This document shows, piece by piece, positions 63,470-64,000 of a stretch of 64,000 nt of DNA. Below the pieces are notes generated by a model, which saw only the letters and a program-made list of their open reading frames with translations, had not been told where the DNA came from and did not search any database. A program made the position numbers and the translations under genes. Location of the stretch: assembly GCA_051294375.1 (NCBI GenBank), contig CM119264.1, positions 26,910,340 to 26,974,339 of the forward strand. Direction: 5' to 3'. The first letter of the stretch is position 1. Each line of letters opens with the position of its first letter. The stretch is from Paraspadella gotoi (taxonomy: Eukaryota; Animalia; Chaetognatha).

Positions 63470-64000
63470 CACCGATCAGTACATACCCTTCGACTCTCGT
63501 GCTCCCTTGTCCCACAAGCTCGTCACGGTCAGAGCCCTTACCAGGAGAGCTCAGCTGATTCCGTCGACCCCCGAGCTTCGGGCCGCCGAGCTTGAGCAGT
63601 GAGCTTGAGCACGTCAAAAGAGCCTTGGCGATCAATGGCTACCCTCTGTGGGCCTTCGAGAAGGCTAGGTATCGGCCGCGCCTGGCTGATGGCAGTGGCC
63701 AACCAGGGGCTTCCCAAGTAACCGCTGACGCAGTTTCTTCCTTCGCCCCCCAGGATGAAGAAAGAGGGCTTGCTGCTGAAGAGCCGACCGCGCCCACCAC
63801 AGCGCAAACGCAAGATAAGCAGAAGCGCCCTCCTTTTCACTTAATTTATTATTAGCTAATTGTTAAAATCACCACTAATCAGTTTTAAAAACCTATATTT
63901 TAGTTGTACATTGCACAAATGTATCATTTATATTTTTTTGCTCTCTCTCCCTCTCTCTCTCTCTGACCATATTCACTTCCTTTCAAAACTCACTGAATCT
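63470..64000 (+). mobile_element. Penelope-like element fragment (RT C-terminal region plus 3' UTR)
   Basis: ORF 63592-63855 contains ELEHVKRALAINGYPLWAF, the EL..L...L..NGYP motif that follows the PLE RT core. Confidence 0.8.

Overview
Eukaryotic (invertebrate-metazoan-like) genomic DNA, AT-rich, with many (GA)n/(GAC)n microsatellites, ten N-gaps and stretches whose indel noise looks like unpolished long reads. Two spliced genes can be fully reconstructed: a FoxN1/4-type forkhead transcription factor (+, 3 coding exons, 3254-6245) and an SLC36/PAT-type amino-acid transporter (-, 6 exons, 44334-38986). There is also a frameshifted JHAMT-like SAM methyltransferase (55981-~57550) and a short acidic ORF. 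Mobile DNA includes a decayed BEL/Pao LTR retrotransposon with intron-like accessory regions, Penelope-like element (PLE) fragments carrying five minimal hammerhead ribozyme motifs, Helentron-type HINEs, and hAT and TA-flanked MITEs. The main discovery is two different short tandem-repeat families, with units of about 427 nt (tRNA-like head) and 327 nt. Each unit carries a circularly permuted (type-P5) twister ribozyme fold. Compensatory changes between the families support both pseudoknots, and P1 is reduced to a self-complementary hexamer. These are candidate twister 'retrozymes' that may cleave as dimers and be mobilised by PLEs. All RNA structures were paired by eye; no folding, database search or experiment was run.
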